From Flavobacteriaceae bacterium (GTDB lineage Bacteria; Bacteroidota; Bacteroidia; Flavobacteriales; Flavobacteriaceae): 64,000 nucleotides of DNA. The DNA lies in the NCBI GenBank assembly GCA_023262185.1, contig JALRDO010000002.1:14044-78043 (forward strand). The letters run 5' to 3'. A program made the position numbers and the translations under genes. Within the stretch, counting starts at the first letter, position 1. Each line of letters starts with the position of its first letter. Below the pieces are notes generated by a model. The model did no database searches, had not been told where the DNA came from, and saw nothing but the letters and a program-made list of their open reading frames with translations. Below, piece after piece: positions 9,781 through 17,971 of the stretch.

Positions 9781-9824
9781 TTCGCAGTGGGAACATTGGC
9801 CGTAAGGTCAATGATCTCCCACCC
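9781..9824. repeat. 44-bp hairpin element, copy 2 (GTAA loop), overlapping the last codons and stop of the 9808-10215 CDS
   Basis: 43/44 identity to copy 1. The spacer between copies is 30 bp. Confidence 0.85.
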
Positions 9825-10215
9825 GTGTCCAGGTTTGGTCGGCGTCTAAGCGGTAAGAACCCTCGAGTTCGAAGTTGCATTCTTCAGGGCTCAAGATGGA
9901 TAAGAAGAGCCCTTTTCCAGGCTTTGAATACAAGTGGTACGTTTTACCCACCACAGGCTCAAAACTGAATGAGGCCTGATACACCTTGCGGTTGTCTTCA
10001 ACCTCTTTCATCATAGTCTCGTATGCCTTTTTCAATTCATCAATACGTGCCTTAAAGCGAGCATTGACTTGATGTGCACCCCGCTGCTTCCATCCAGTTA
10101 GGTCGGTGGGTTTGATTACTGGCCCTGTTACGTTGGTAGCATAAGGCTTCAAGAAAGCATCGAATTGCTCGCTTTCTTCATTATAGACGACTGAATCGGG
10201 CTTTTTATCCTTCAA
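9808..10215 (-). CDS. conserved hypothetical protein (possibly DUF2452 family)
   Basis: 135-aa ORF that overlaps gpx by 11 nt. The family assignment is from memory only. Confidence 0.45.
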   Translation of the reverse strand: MKDKKPDSVVYNEESEQFDAFLKPYATNVTGPVIKPTDLTGWKQRGAHQVNARFKARIDELKKAYETMMKEVEDNRKVYQASFSFEPVVGKTYHLYSKPGKGLFLSILSPEECNFELEGSYRLDADQTWTRVGDH

Positions 10216-10741
10216 AGTACTTGGTTATTTTTGATGATGTCGGATCTGTAGTAGAAAGATACGAATCGATCAAAACACGCTCTGGACTGATGAGGTATTT
10301 TTGGAAATTCCACTTTACGGTGCTAGACTTTGTCCCATTTTCTTCTTTCGAGGTAAGCCATTTGTACAGTGGATGGGATTGAGGGCCTTTAACTTTTACC
10401 TTTTCGGTCATGGTGAAACTCACTCCATAATTGAGGGAGCAGAAAGACTGAATGTCTTCAGCCGACCCCGGTTCTTGTGCCCCAAATTGATTACAGGGAA
10501 CTCCAATGATTTCAAGCTTGTCTTGATGCTGCTCATAGAGTGACTGAAGCTTCTTGTACTGGGGAGTAAAACCACAGTTCGAAGCTACATTTACAATAAG
10601 CAGATATTTACCGTCAAAAGCATCCCAGACTAGGGGATTACCGTCTAGTTTTTTGATCTCTATGTTCGGTAAGGGGTGTGGCGTACTAGGGGTACCATTC
10701 ATTTTGAGCAAACTATTTTTTATCGAATCAACTAGTTTCAT
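10205..10741 (-). CDS. glutathione peroxidase (Cys type)
   Basis: NVASNCGFT active site, CNQFGAQEPG and WNFQKYLI motifs. Confidence 0.9.
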   Translation of the reverse strand: MKLVDSIKNSLLKMNGTPSTPHPLPNIEIKKLDGNPLVWDAFDGKYLLIVNVASNCGFTPQYKKLQSLYEQHQDKLEIIGVPCNQFGAQEPGSAEDIQSFCSLNYGVSFTMTEKVKVKGPQSHPLYKWLTSKEENGTKSSTVKWNFQKYLISPERVLIDSYLSTTDPTSSKITKYFEG

Positions 10742-11442
10742 TATCCGTAGATATAACGGTGTAATTCAGCTAATTTTTCGGTTTGTTCAAATTGTCCACC
10801 GTAGAATGAAGTGACCGTAGCTGAGGTGTCGTCTTTGATTCCGCGCGAAGAAACGCAAAGGTGTTTTGCATCGATAATCACAGCAACATCCTCAGTGCCG
10901 AGTATGGCTTGTAAATCTGTACCAATCTGATTAGTCAGTCGTTCTTGAACTTGAGGTCGCTTGGCATAATATTGAACGATCCTGTTGAGTTTAGACAATC
11001 CAATCACCTTACCCGAAGAAATATAGGCGACATGAGCTTGTCCAATAATCGGCACAAAATGGTGTTCGCAGTTTGAATAAAAGGTGATGTTTTTTTCTAC
11101 GAGCATTTGCCCGTATTCATATTTGTTTTCAAACAACGCCACCTTAGGTTTGTTTGCTGGGTTCAGCCCTGAGAAAATCTCGTCGATGTACATTTTGGCC
11201 ACGCGCATGGGAGTGCCTCTTAATGAATCGTCAGTGAGATCGAGCCCCATTACGTGCATGATTTGCTCGAAAAGTGCAGCAATTTGCTCTTTTTTCTCAG
11301 TATCACTTTGTTCGAAAGCATCAGCTCTTAGTGGAGTTTCTAATCCGGAATACAGGTGATCGTCACCGATTTCATCTATATCCAAACCAGCAAAGGCCTT
11401 TGACGAAAGCGCTCTCTCAATAAGTGTTTTGGGATTGTTCAT
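10741..11442 (-). CDS. folE: GTP cyclohydrolase I
   Basis: SNCEHHFVP zinc-site motif and VIIDAKHLC. Confidence 0.9.
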   Translation of the reverse strand: MNNPKTLIERALSSKAFAGLDIDEIGDDHLYSGLETPLRADAFEQSDTEKKEQIAALFEQIMHVMGLDLTDDSLRGTPMRVAKMYIDEIFSGLNPANKPKVALFENKYEYGQMLVEKNITFYSNCEHHFVPIIGQAHVAYISSGKVIGLSKLNRIVQYYAKRPQVQERLTNQIGTDLQAILGTEDVAVIIDAKHLCVSSRGIKDDTSATVTSFYGGQFEQTEKLAELHRYIYG

Positions 11443-11474
11443 AGCAGTGTATCGTTTAATTAACGCAACACTAC

Positions 11475-11482
11475 CAAAGATA
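11475..11482 (-). promoter_or_regulatory. -7 promoter box TATCTTTG for folE-gpx-hypothetical
   Basis: Exact TAnnTTTG match on the minus strand, about 33 nt before the folE start. Confidence 0.5.
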
Positions 11483-11521
11483 CTAATTCTGTTTAACTAT
11501 ATTTAAATTTTATTAAACAAA

Positions 11522-11938
11522 TTAATGAGGCAGCTTGGGGCGGAGCATTCCGTAAACAAAGGTTCCTGCAATGGCAGAGGCCAGAACAACAATTACGGGT
11601 AAAAATCCTGCTCCGATTAGCGTAAAAATCGGGCCAGGACATGCACCGGCAAGACCCCAACCAAGGCCAAAAATTGTTCCGCCAAACAAATAGTTTTTCC
11701 ATCCTTTGGCTTTTGGTGGAATGATAATTTCTTCGCCTGAGAAAGATTTCACTTTGTTGCGTTTAATCAGTTGAATTCCGATGACTCCTACAGCTAAGGC
11801 TGAGCCTATGATCCCGTACATGTGAAATGAATCGAACTGGAACATTTCAACGATTCTAAACCAAGAAGCAGCTTCTGACTTGAACATAATGATGCCAAAG
11901 GCGATTCCGGTAAGTAGGTATTTTATAGTATTTATCAT
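11522..11938 (-). CDS. YeeE/YedE-family sulfur-compound transporter, C-terminal-half homolog
   Basis: 138-aa, 4-TM protein with a GLAGACPGP motif. Lies 3 nt after its partner gene. Confidence 0.7.
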   Translation of the reverse strand: MINTIKYLLTGIAFGIIMFKSEAASWFRIVEMFQFDSFHMYGIIGSALAVGVIGIQLIKRNKVKSFSGEEIIIPPKAKGWKNYLFGGTIFGLGWGLAGACPGPIFTLIGAGFLPVIVVLASAIAGTFVYGMLRPKLPH

Positions 11939-11941
11939 GAC

Positions 11942-12505
11942 TTAAGCGAATAGAAGTGGGTAAATAAAATGAACCATTAAAAGTCCTCCGGCAAAGAAGC
12001 CAATCACTGCGATTAAGGAAGGAAGCTGAAGATCACTGAGACCTGATATCGCATGACCTGAGGTGCATCCGCCTGCAAAGCGCGATCCAAAGCCCACTAA
12101 AAAGCCCCCGACGGCAATGAGAATTAAACTTTTCGGATTCGAGAGCGCTTCCATAGAGAAAAGTTGTTCTGGTAAATAAGCACTTCCTCCGTCGTTAAAT
12201 CCGTATTGCTGAAGCCATTGAATGGTGTTTTCTGAAATATCAACCGATACGTCAGTGCTCAAAAAGGTAATCGCGATATATCCACCTACTATAGCACCGA
12301 TACTAAAAACGAGGTTCCATCGCTGAGCCTTCCAATCAAACTTAAAGAAATCACACGCCTTATTGCCACCAATGGCTGCACAAAGGGTTCTGAGATTTCC
12401 TGACATTCCGAAATTGCGGCCAGAGAGGATGAGAAAAAACATCACCGCCGCGATAAGCGGGCCCGACACGTACCAAGGCCATGGATTAAGTATAGCTTCT
12501 AACAT
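11942..12505 (-). CDS. YeeE/YedE-family sulfur-compound transporter, N-terminal-half homolog
   Basis: 187-aa membrane protein with a FAGGCTSGHAISG motif. Confidence 0.7.
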   Translation of the reverse strand: MLEAILNPWPWYVSGPLIAAVMFFLILSGRNFGMSGNLRTLCAAIGGNKACDFFKFDWKAQRWNLVFSIGAIVGGYIAITFLSTDVSVDISENTIQWLQQYGFNDGGSAYLPEQLFSMEALSNPKSLILIAVGGFLVGFGSRFAGGCTSGHAISGLSDLQLPSLIAVIGFFAGGLLMVHFIYPLLFA

Positions 12506-12527
12506 AAATTTCTGAATTTAAATATTC

Positions 12528-12535
12528 CAAAAATA
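12528..12535 (-). promoter_or_regulatory. -7 promoter box TATTTTTG for the yeeE pair
   Basis: Exact TAnnTTTG match on the minus strand. It starts 30 nt after the dyad centre at 12565.5. Confidence 0.55.
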
Positions 12536-12554
12536 AAAGGAATTCGATTGACAA

Positions 12555-12576
12555 AAAGGTAACCTAGGTTACCTTT
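12555..12576 (-). promoter_or_regulatory. perfect 22-bp palindrome with GTAAC-ctag-GTTAC core (candidate Crp/Fnr operator, site A)
   Basis: aaaggtaacctaggttaccttt is its own reverse complement. One of four related dyads in the locus. Confidence 0.6.
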
Positions 12577-12621
12577 CGAAATAAAGAAATAAAAAAAACT
12601 CCATTGGGAGGTTTTTAGAAT

Positions 12622-13905
12622 TTAAACATCTTCTCCTTTGAGCATCTTATTCCAATAGAGGTAAGGAAGCCCAAACTTCTTTAACATCCACAACCTCCAG
12701 TGTTCCTTTGAACTGTCGAATACTAGCATCTGCTTTAATTTCGGATCTGGGGTGAAGTTGTTGTCGTAGTCGAACTCTGCAAGAACCATTTTTCCATACC
12801 CCGTTACTAGCGGACATGAAGAATATCCATTATAACTCCTTGTGCCGAGCTTATTCTCTTTTTTGAGTTTAAGAATATTATCGATTACGATAGGTGCCTG
12901 GTTACGTATCGCAGCTCCTGTTTTGGCTGTCGGTACTCCGACCACATCTCCGATGCCAAAGACATTAGCAAACTTTTGGTGTTGAAGTGTGTGTTTATTT
13001 ACATCAAGCCATCCTTCCTCATTCGCTAAAGCCGATTCGCGAACAAATTTTGGTGCTGCTTGTGGTGGTGCCAAATGAAGAAAATCGAACTTAATCGCGA
13101 TGCGGCCACCTTCTTCTTTAGTGGCTCCGAAAGCATTTTGAGGATCCCATGAACAACCCTCTTTCTGACTGAAGCAGGCGTGATCTTCGGGTGTTTTATC
13201 GGTAAAGTATACGACCTTGTTTTTTCCATCAATTTCAACTGGAGTGTGATACGGATGAAAATGAATACCATATTTACGGATGACCTTCATCAAGGTTTCT
13301 CGTATAACAGGTACCCCAAAAATGACGGTCCCAGGAGTAGCGAACATCATGTTGGTTTTCTTGTCAATGCCTTTTTTTCTGAGATAATCAGCGGCTAGAT
13401 AGGCGATCTTTTGAGGCGCTCCACCACATTTTATAGGAGTGGCGGGTTGCGTAAAGATTGCGTTTCCGCCTTTGAATTCTTGTAGTAGCTTCCAAGTGTG
13501 TTCAGGATCTGTATAGTTACTGCAAACTGCCCCTGATTTCATGGCATCCTCTAGACCTTTAATCATGCTAGGTTCCATCACTAGTCCTGGAGAAACGACG
13601 AGAAAGTCGTAAGAAATAGTTCCATTACTCGCTGTTTCTACCGCATTGTTCTCGGGATCAAAGCTCGTCACGGCATCTTTAATCCAATCGACGCCAGAGG
13701 GGATGAGTTCTGCCATGGGCTTCGCCGTTTTATTGTAGTCGAAAGTGCCGGCGCCAACTAATGTCCATGCTGGCTGGTAGTAGTGTGTGTCGGCGGGATC
13801 GATAATTCCGATAGATAAAGACTTGTCTAATTTTCTTAAACGAGCGGCCGTCATTAAGCCACCAGTTCCTGCCCCAATGATGAGGATTTCAAGTGATTTA
13901 GACAT
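12622..13905 (-). CDS. sqr: sulfide:quinone oxidoreductase (type II-like flavoprotein)
   Basis: N-terminal FAD fold IIGAGTGG. Redox Cys motifs PIKCGGAPQK and YSSCPLVTG resemble type II / mitochondrial-type SQR. Confidence 0.8.
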   Translation of the reverse strand: MSKSLEILIIGAGTGGLMTAARLRKLDKSLSIGIIDPADTHYYQPAWTLVGAGTFDYNKTAKPMAELIPSGVDWIKDAVTSFDPENNAVETASNGTISYDFLVVSPGLVMEPSMIKGLEDAMKSGAVCSNYTDPEHTWKLLQEFKGGNAIFTQPATPIKCGGAPQKIAYLAADYLRKKGIDKKTNMMFATPGTVIFGVPVIRETLMKVIRKYGIHFHPYHTPVEIDGKNKVVYFTDKTPEDHACFSQKEGCSWDPQNAFGATKEEGGRIAIKFDFLHLAPPQAAPKFVRESALANEEGWLDVNKHTLQHQKFANVFGIGDVVGVPTAKTGAAIRNQAPIVIDNILKLKKENKLGTRSYNGYSSCPLVTGYGKMVLAEFDYDNNFTPDPKLKQMLVFDSSKEHWRLWMLKKFGLPYLYWNKMLKGEDV

Positions 13906-13945
13906 CTGTTTAGGTATTAGTTAAGTGTTTAGGTTTGAAAAAGGT

Positions 13946-13998
13946 AAAAAAAAAATAACCCTTTGCCTTTGTAACATAAGTTACATAAGCAAAGGGTT
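13946..13998 (-). terminator. intrinsic terminator after the persulfide dioxygenase gene
   Basis: Stem aaccctttgc/gcaaagggtt (10 bp), extended by the inner dyad. A T10 run follows on the minus strand. Confidence 0.7.
13970..13985 (-). promoter_or_regulatory. dyad tGTAACataaGTTACa (candidate Crp/Fnr operator, site B) upstream of sqr
   Basis: Perfect half-site symmetry. Shares its centre with the terminator hairpin. Confidence 0.55.
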
Positions 13999-14022
13999 GT
14001 CTTAAAAAAGAAAACAGGTGTT

Positions 14023-15441
14023 TTATGCCGATGGCATCGTTGATGGGCAAACGTAGTCGGTCAATTTAATTTCAGCAGCCTCCATGGCTTTGAATCCACC
14101 GTCTACATTGATCATATTGTGAATTCCGCGGCTCTTTAAAATTGAAGCGGCAATAACTGAACGGTATCCTCCAGCACAATGAATGTAGAACGATCCGTCT
14201 TCTGGGAATTCTTCTAGATAATTATTTAAGAAATCAAGAGGAGCGTTGTGCGAGTCAGGAACACGGTGTGCATAGTGTTCAGACTCTTTACGAACGTCAA
14301 AGATCTCTACTGGGCCTGAAGCCATTTCTTTCTTGAGTTCTTCTGCAGTTACAGTGCTTACATTGTCGTATTCTTTGCCTGACTTCTTCCACTGCTCGAA
14401 ACCTCCTTCTAGATAGCCTAGTGTGTTGTCGAACCCAACGCGTGCAATGCGTGTGATGGCTTCTTCTTCACGACCTTCTGGAGTCACCAAAAGAATAGGC
14501 TGCTCAGTGTCTGCTACAAGGGCGCCAACCCATGGGGCAAAGCTTCCATCAAGACCGATAAAAATGGAACGAGGCACATGTCCCTGCGCGAAGTCTTTCT
14601 CGTTGCGAACGTCAAGAACAATAGCGCCTGTTTGATTTGCAACGTCTTCGAAGGCCTCAGGGCTCAACGGACGAGATCCACGCTCAAGTACTTCATCAAA
14701 ATCATCGTATCCTTCTTTATTCATCTTCACGTTTAGAGGAAAATATTGAGGAGGAGGCAGCAATCCGTCGGTTACCTCTTTGACGAATTCTTCTTTGGTC
14801 ATATCTGCACGAAGGGCATAGTTCATTTTTTTTTGGTTACCCAACGAGTCAACCGTTTCTTTCATCATGTTTTTTCCGCAGGCTGAACCTGCTCCGTGAC
14901 CTGGATATACCGTAACATCGTCTGCTAATGGCATAATCTTATTGCGTAAGCTGTCGTATAAGGTTTCTGCCAATTGCTCTTGGGTCATGTGTGCCGCTTT
15001 TTGTGCCAAATCGGGTCTTCCGACGTCACCTAAGAAAAGGGTGTCACCACTAAAGATGGCATGGTCTTTACCCGATGCATCTCTCAACAAGTAGGTGGTC
15101 GATTCCATGGTGTGACCTGGGGTATGTAAAACAACAATGGTAACATCTCCTAATTTAAACTCTTGCCCATCTTTTGCGATAATAGCGTCAAAACTAGGGT
15201 TCGCATTTGGTCCATAGATAATAGGAGCCCCCGACTCTTTTCCTAAGGTAACGTGGCCACTCACGAAGTCGGCGTGAAAATGCGTTTCAAAAATGTACTT
15301 GATCGATGCATTTGACTCTTTAGCTTTATCAAGGTATGGTTGAACCTCGCGTAATGGATCGATGATGGCTACCTCTCCGTTACTTTCAATATAATAAGCT
15401 CCTTGAGCTAGGCATCCGGTGTATATCTGTTCTATTTTCAT
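14023..15441 (-). CDS. persulfide dioxygenase (MBL fold) fused to two rhodanese-homology domains (CstB-like)
   Basis: Metal motif HFHADFVSGH. The middle rhodanese-like domain has no Cys. The C-terminal rhodanese has the active loop HCAGGYRS. Confidence 0.8.
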   Translation of the reverse strand: MKIEQIYTGCLAQGAYYIESNGEVAIIDPLREVQPYLDKAKESNASIKYIFETHFHADFVSGHVTLGKESGAPIIYGPNANPSFDAIIAKDGQEFKLGDVTIVVLHTPGHTMESTTYLLRDASGKDHAIFSGDTLFLGDVGRPDLAQKAAHMTQEQLAETLYDSLRNKIMPLADDVTVYPGHGAGSACGKNMMKETVDSLGNQKKMNYALRADMTKEEFVKEVTDGLLPPPQYFPLNVKMNKEGYDDFDEVLERGSRPLSPEAFEDVANQTGAIVLDVRNEKDFAQGHVPRSIFIGLDGSFAPWVGALVADTEQPILLVTPEGREEEAITRIARVGFDNTLGYLEGGFEQWKKSGKEYDNVSTVTAEELKKEMASGPVEIFDVRKESEHYAHRVPDSHNAPLDFLNNYLEEFPEDGSFYIHCAGGYRSVIAASILKSRGIHNMINVDGGFKAMEAAEIKLTDYVCPSTMPSA

Positions 15442-15498
15442 GTTGTATGTTGATTTTTGTTTTGCAAGGCGAAAATAGTATAGCCTTAATTTTCAAAA

Positions 15499-15514
15499 TG
15501 TTACTAAAGTTACA
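15499..15514 (-). promoter_or_regulatory. dyad tGTTACtaaaGTTACa (candidate Crp/Fnr operator, site C) upstream of the dioxygenase gene
   Basis: One central mismatch from perfect symmetry. 29 nt lie between the dyad centre and a TATTTTCG -7-like box. Confidence 0.5.
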
Positions 15515-15518
15515 TATT

Positions 15519-17246
15519 CTAGGATTTTGACTCTAGCGCGATTTTTTTACCCAAATCTTCTGCGCCATGCTCACCCGATGCTACTTGGTAGGCACTGTGT
15601 GTGTTTTCAAAAAACGAATCTTCTCCAAGAAGAGATACAATACCACTTCGCCTTAGGATATCCCTTATTGGTCCTATAGGTCCAGCGATCGAAACAGTAA
15701 TGTTTTTTGATTTCAAATCTTCAAAGAATTGACGTAGCATAAAGGCGGCTGAACTATCGATATAGTTTATAGGCTCTACATTTAAAATGAGGTGTTTTAA
15801 TGAGGCTCCTCGCCCCTCAATGGCCGCCATGAGGCTAGTTTTGAAATATTCTTTGTTTCCGAAATAGAGCTGTCCATCAAAACGAAAAAGCAATATGGCC
15901 GGATCGATGGTTACCTCATTGGCAAAGCGCTTCACATTTCTGTAATAAGGGCTTTGGTTCACCCGAGCTAGAATGGCATAGTGAGGGCTTGAACTGCGGT
16001 AAACAAGAAGTAACAGTGAGAGCAGCACACCAAACAATATTCCTTCTTTGATTCCTACTGTTAGTGTAATCACAAAGGTAAAAATCAATAGCGCAAATTC
16101 ATCCTTTCTGTTTTTCAACAGGGTTAGAGGATATTGAATATCGATCAGACCGAATACTGCTACCATTATTATGGCGGCAAGAACGGTGTTAGGAAGGTAA
16201 TAAAATAGTGGGGTAAGAAAGAGTAAGGTTAAACCTACAATGGCTGCGCTGATAAAAGAGGCTAGGGTAGAATTGGCTCCTGCCTGATCGTTAACCGCCG
16301 TTCTAGAGAACCCGCCCGTGGTAGGATAGGATTGAAAAAGTGAGCCCACCAAATTAGAGAGCCCCAAGGCGACCAACTCTTGGTTTGGTTTTACTTCATT
16401 GAGTCTGTGCTTTTCTTCTATAGCCTTGGCAACCGAGATAGCTTCCATGAAGGCGATCAGTGCTAAGGTCATTGCGATAGGGAATAGTTCTGAGATACGA
16501 TCTTGTCCTACTGAGGGGACTCCAAAAGAGGGCAGCCCTGAGGGAACTTCTTGTACAATAGAAAGTCCTAATTGATCCAATCTAAATAAGTAGGTGATGA
16601 CAATCCCTAAAACAGTCACAATGAGTGCTCCGGGAATACATTTGTTGAGTCGTTTTAATACTTTGATGAGCATTATGGCCGCTATTCCAAGCCCTAACGC
16701 AATAAGATTGGTTTGGTCAATGGTTTTAAGGGCATTTAAAAGCAAAATGTGTATTTGATTGCTTCGTTCTATTTGGGTCCCTAAAAGGTGTTTGAGTTGA
16801 CTTAGGCCAATAATGAGAGCAGCCGCTGTGGTGAATCCACTGATTACAGGCTTTGAGAGAAAGTTGACCAAGAATCCCATGCGGACCATTCCTAAAACAA
16901 ACTGTATAACTCCCATGAACAATGCTAGAAAAATAGCCATGCTCAAATATTCTTCAATACCCGAAAGCGATAAGGCTCCGAGTCCTGAGGCGACGAGCAA
17001 CGAGTCCATCGCAACAGGTCCGACGCTTAACTGACGCGATGTTCCGAGAATACCATAGATGACCTGGGGGACAAGCGCAGCATATAATCCAAATACCGGA
17101 GGTAGGCCTGCAATCATCGCATAAGCCATACCTTGAGGAATGAGCATGATACCCACAGTGATTCCTGCCGAGAGGTCACCACCTAGGTATTCTTTTTTGT
17201 AATTGGGCAGCCAGTCTAGCAGAGGTATAAAGGACTTCAATTTCAT
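15519..17246 (-). CDS. SulP-family inorganic anion transporter with C-terminal STAS domain
   Basis: 575 aa. Multi-TM SLC26/SulP core (SVGPVA motif) and a STAS-like tail. Confidence 0.85.
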   Translation of the reverse strand: MKLKSFIPLLDWLPNYKKEYLGGDLSAGITVGIMLIPQGMAYAMIAGLPPVFGLYAALVPQVIYGILGTSRQLSVGPVAMDSLLVASGLGALSLSGIEEYLSMAIFLALFMGVIQFVLGMVRMGFLVNFLSKPVISGFTTAAALIIGLSQLKHLLGTQIERSNQIHILLLNALKTIDQTNLIALGLGIAAIMLIKVLKRLNKCIPGALIVTVLGIVITYLFRLDQLGLSIVQEVPSGLPSFGVPSVGQDRISELFPIAMTLALIAFMEAISVAKAIEEKHRLNEVKPNQELVALGLSNLVGSLFQSYPTTGGFSRTAVNDQAGANSTLASFISAAIVGLTLLFLTPLFYYLPNTVLAAIIMVAVFGLIDIQYPLTLLKNRKDEFALLIFTFVITLTVGIKEGILFGVLLSLLLLVYRSSSPHYAILARVNQSPYYRNVKRFANEVTIDPAILLFRFDGQLYFGNKEYFKTSLMAAIEGRGASLKHLILNVEPINYIDSSAAFMLRQFFEDLKSKNITVSIAGPIGPIRDILRRSGIVSLLGEDSFFENTHSAYQVASGEHGAEDLGKKIALESKS

Positions 17247-17255
17247 GTATAGAGG

Positions 17256-17888
17256 TTAGAGGTCTATGATTTCGATATGATTTCGATGCAGTTTAATGCT
17301 ACCTACTTGCTCTAGTTTTTTGAGTAGGCGTGAAATTACTACACGAGAGCTGTGAAGCTCTTCAGCGATCTCTTTGTGTGTTTGGTACACAGAGTTTTCG
17401 CTGTTGATTCTAGATTTTTCTTTGAGATAGTCTTCGAGCCTTTCGTCTAGGCGTTCAAATGCCACTTTTTCTAGGCTTTCTAAAACCTCTTCAATGCGAT
17501 TTTGATAGTTTGAGAATACAAAGGTGCGCCAGCTTTGGTAGCGACCGAGCCACTCCTCCATCTTTTGAACCGGTATCATGATAAGTAAGGTGTCTAACTC
17601 GGCCACTGCTCGAATATGACTCTTTCGTTGCTCTACACAGCAGCTCATAGACATTGAACAGGTGTTTCCTTCCTCTACATAATAAAGGAGTAATTCTTCG
17701 CCATTATCGTACTCGCGTAAGACCTTAATCGCTCCGGTTAAGAGTAAAGGGATGCTTTTAATGTATTCTCCACTTCTTATGATTTCAGATCCGGCCTCTA
17801 TCTCGCGAAAGGTTCCAACCTGATTGATTTCTTGAAGTAAGGCGGATTCAAATATTTCTCCGTATGTCCCAGTGAGTTCTTTAATCAT
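17256..17888 (-). CDS. Crp/Fnr-family transcriptional regulator with clustered cysteines
   Basis: cNMP-binding-like barrel and C-terminal HTH SRVVISRLLKKLE. Its only cysteines are C77, C83 and C84 (TCSMSMSCC). Confidence 0.85.
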   Translation of the reverse strand: MIKELTGTYGEIFESALLQEINQVGTFREIEAGSEIIRSGEYIKSIPLLLTGAIKVLREYDNGEELLLYYVEEGNTCSMSMSCCVEQRKSHIRAVAELDTLLIMIPVQKMEEWLGRYQSWRTFVFSNYQNRIEEVLESLEKVAFERLDERLEDYLKEKSRINSENSVYQTHKEIAEELHSSRVVISRLLKKLEQVGSIKLHRNHIEIIDL

Positions 17889-17971
17889 GGTTAGGTGATG
17901 AAAGTGCTTTCTCGAAAGTTAATGAAGAATTGTTTGCGAGCATAAAACTAAGCACTAGTAGGTTCGTCAAA

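Noticed and set aside
9707-9824. Possible two-repeat orphan CRISPR mini-array (44-bp repeats, 30-bp spacer, dimensions reminiscent of Bacteroidota type II-C arrays).
   Set aside because: There are only two copies and no cas genes or leader in the window. The repeat is strongly self-complementary and one copy overlaps the end of a CDS. A REP-like hairpin or local duplication is the more economical reading.
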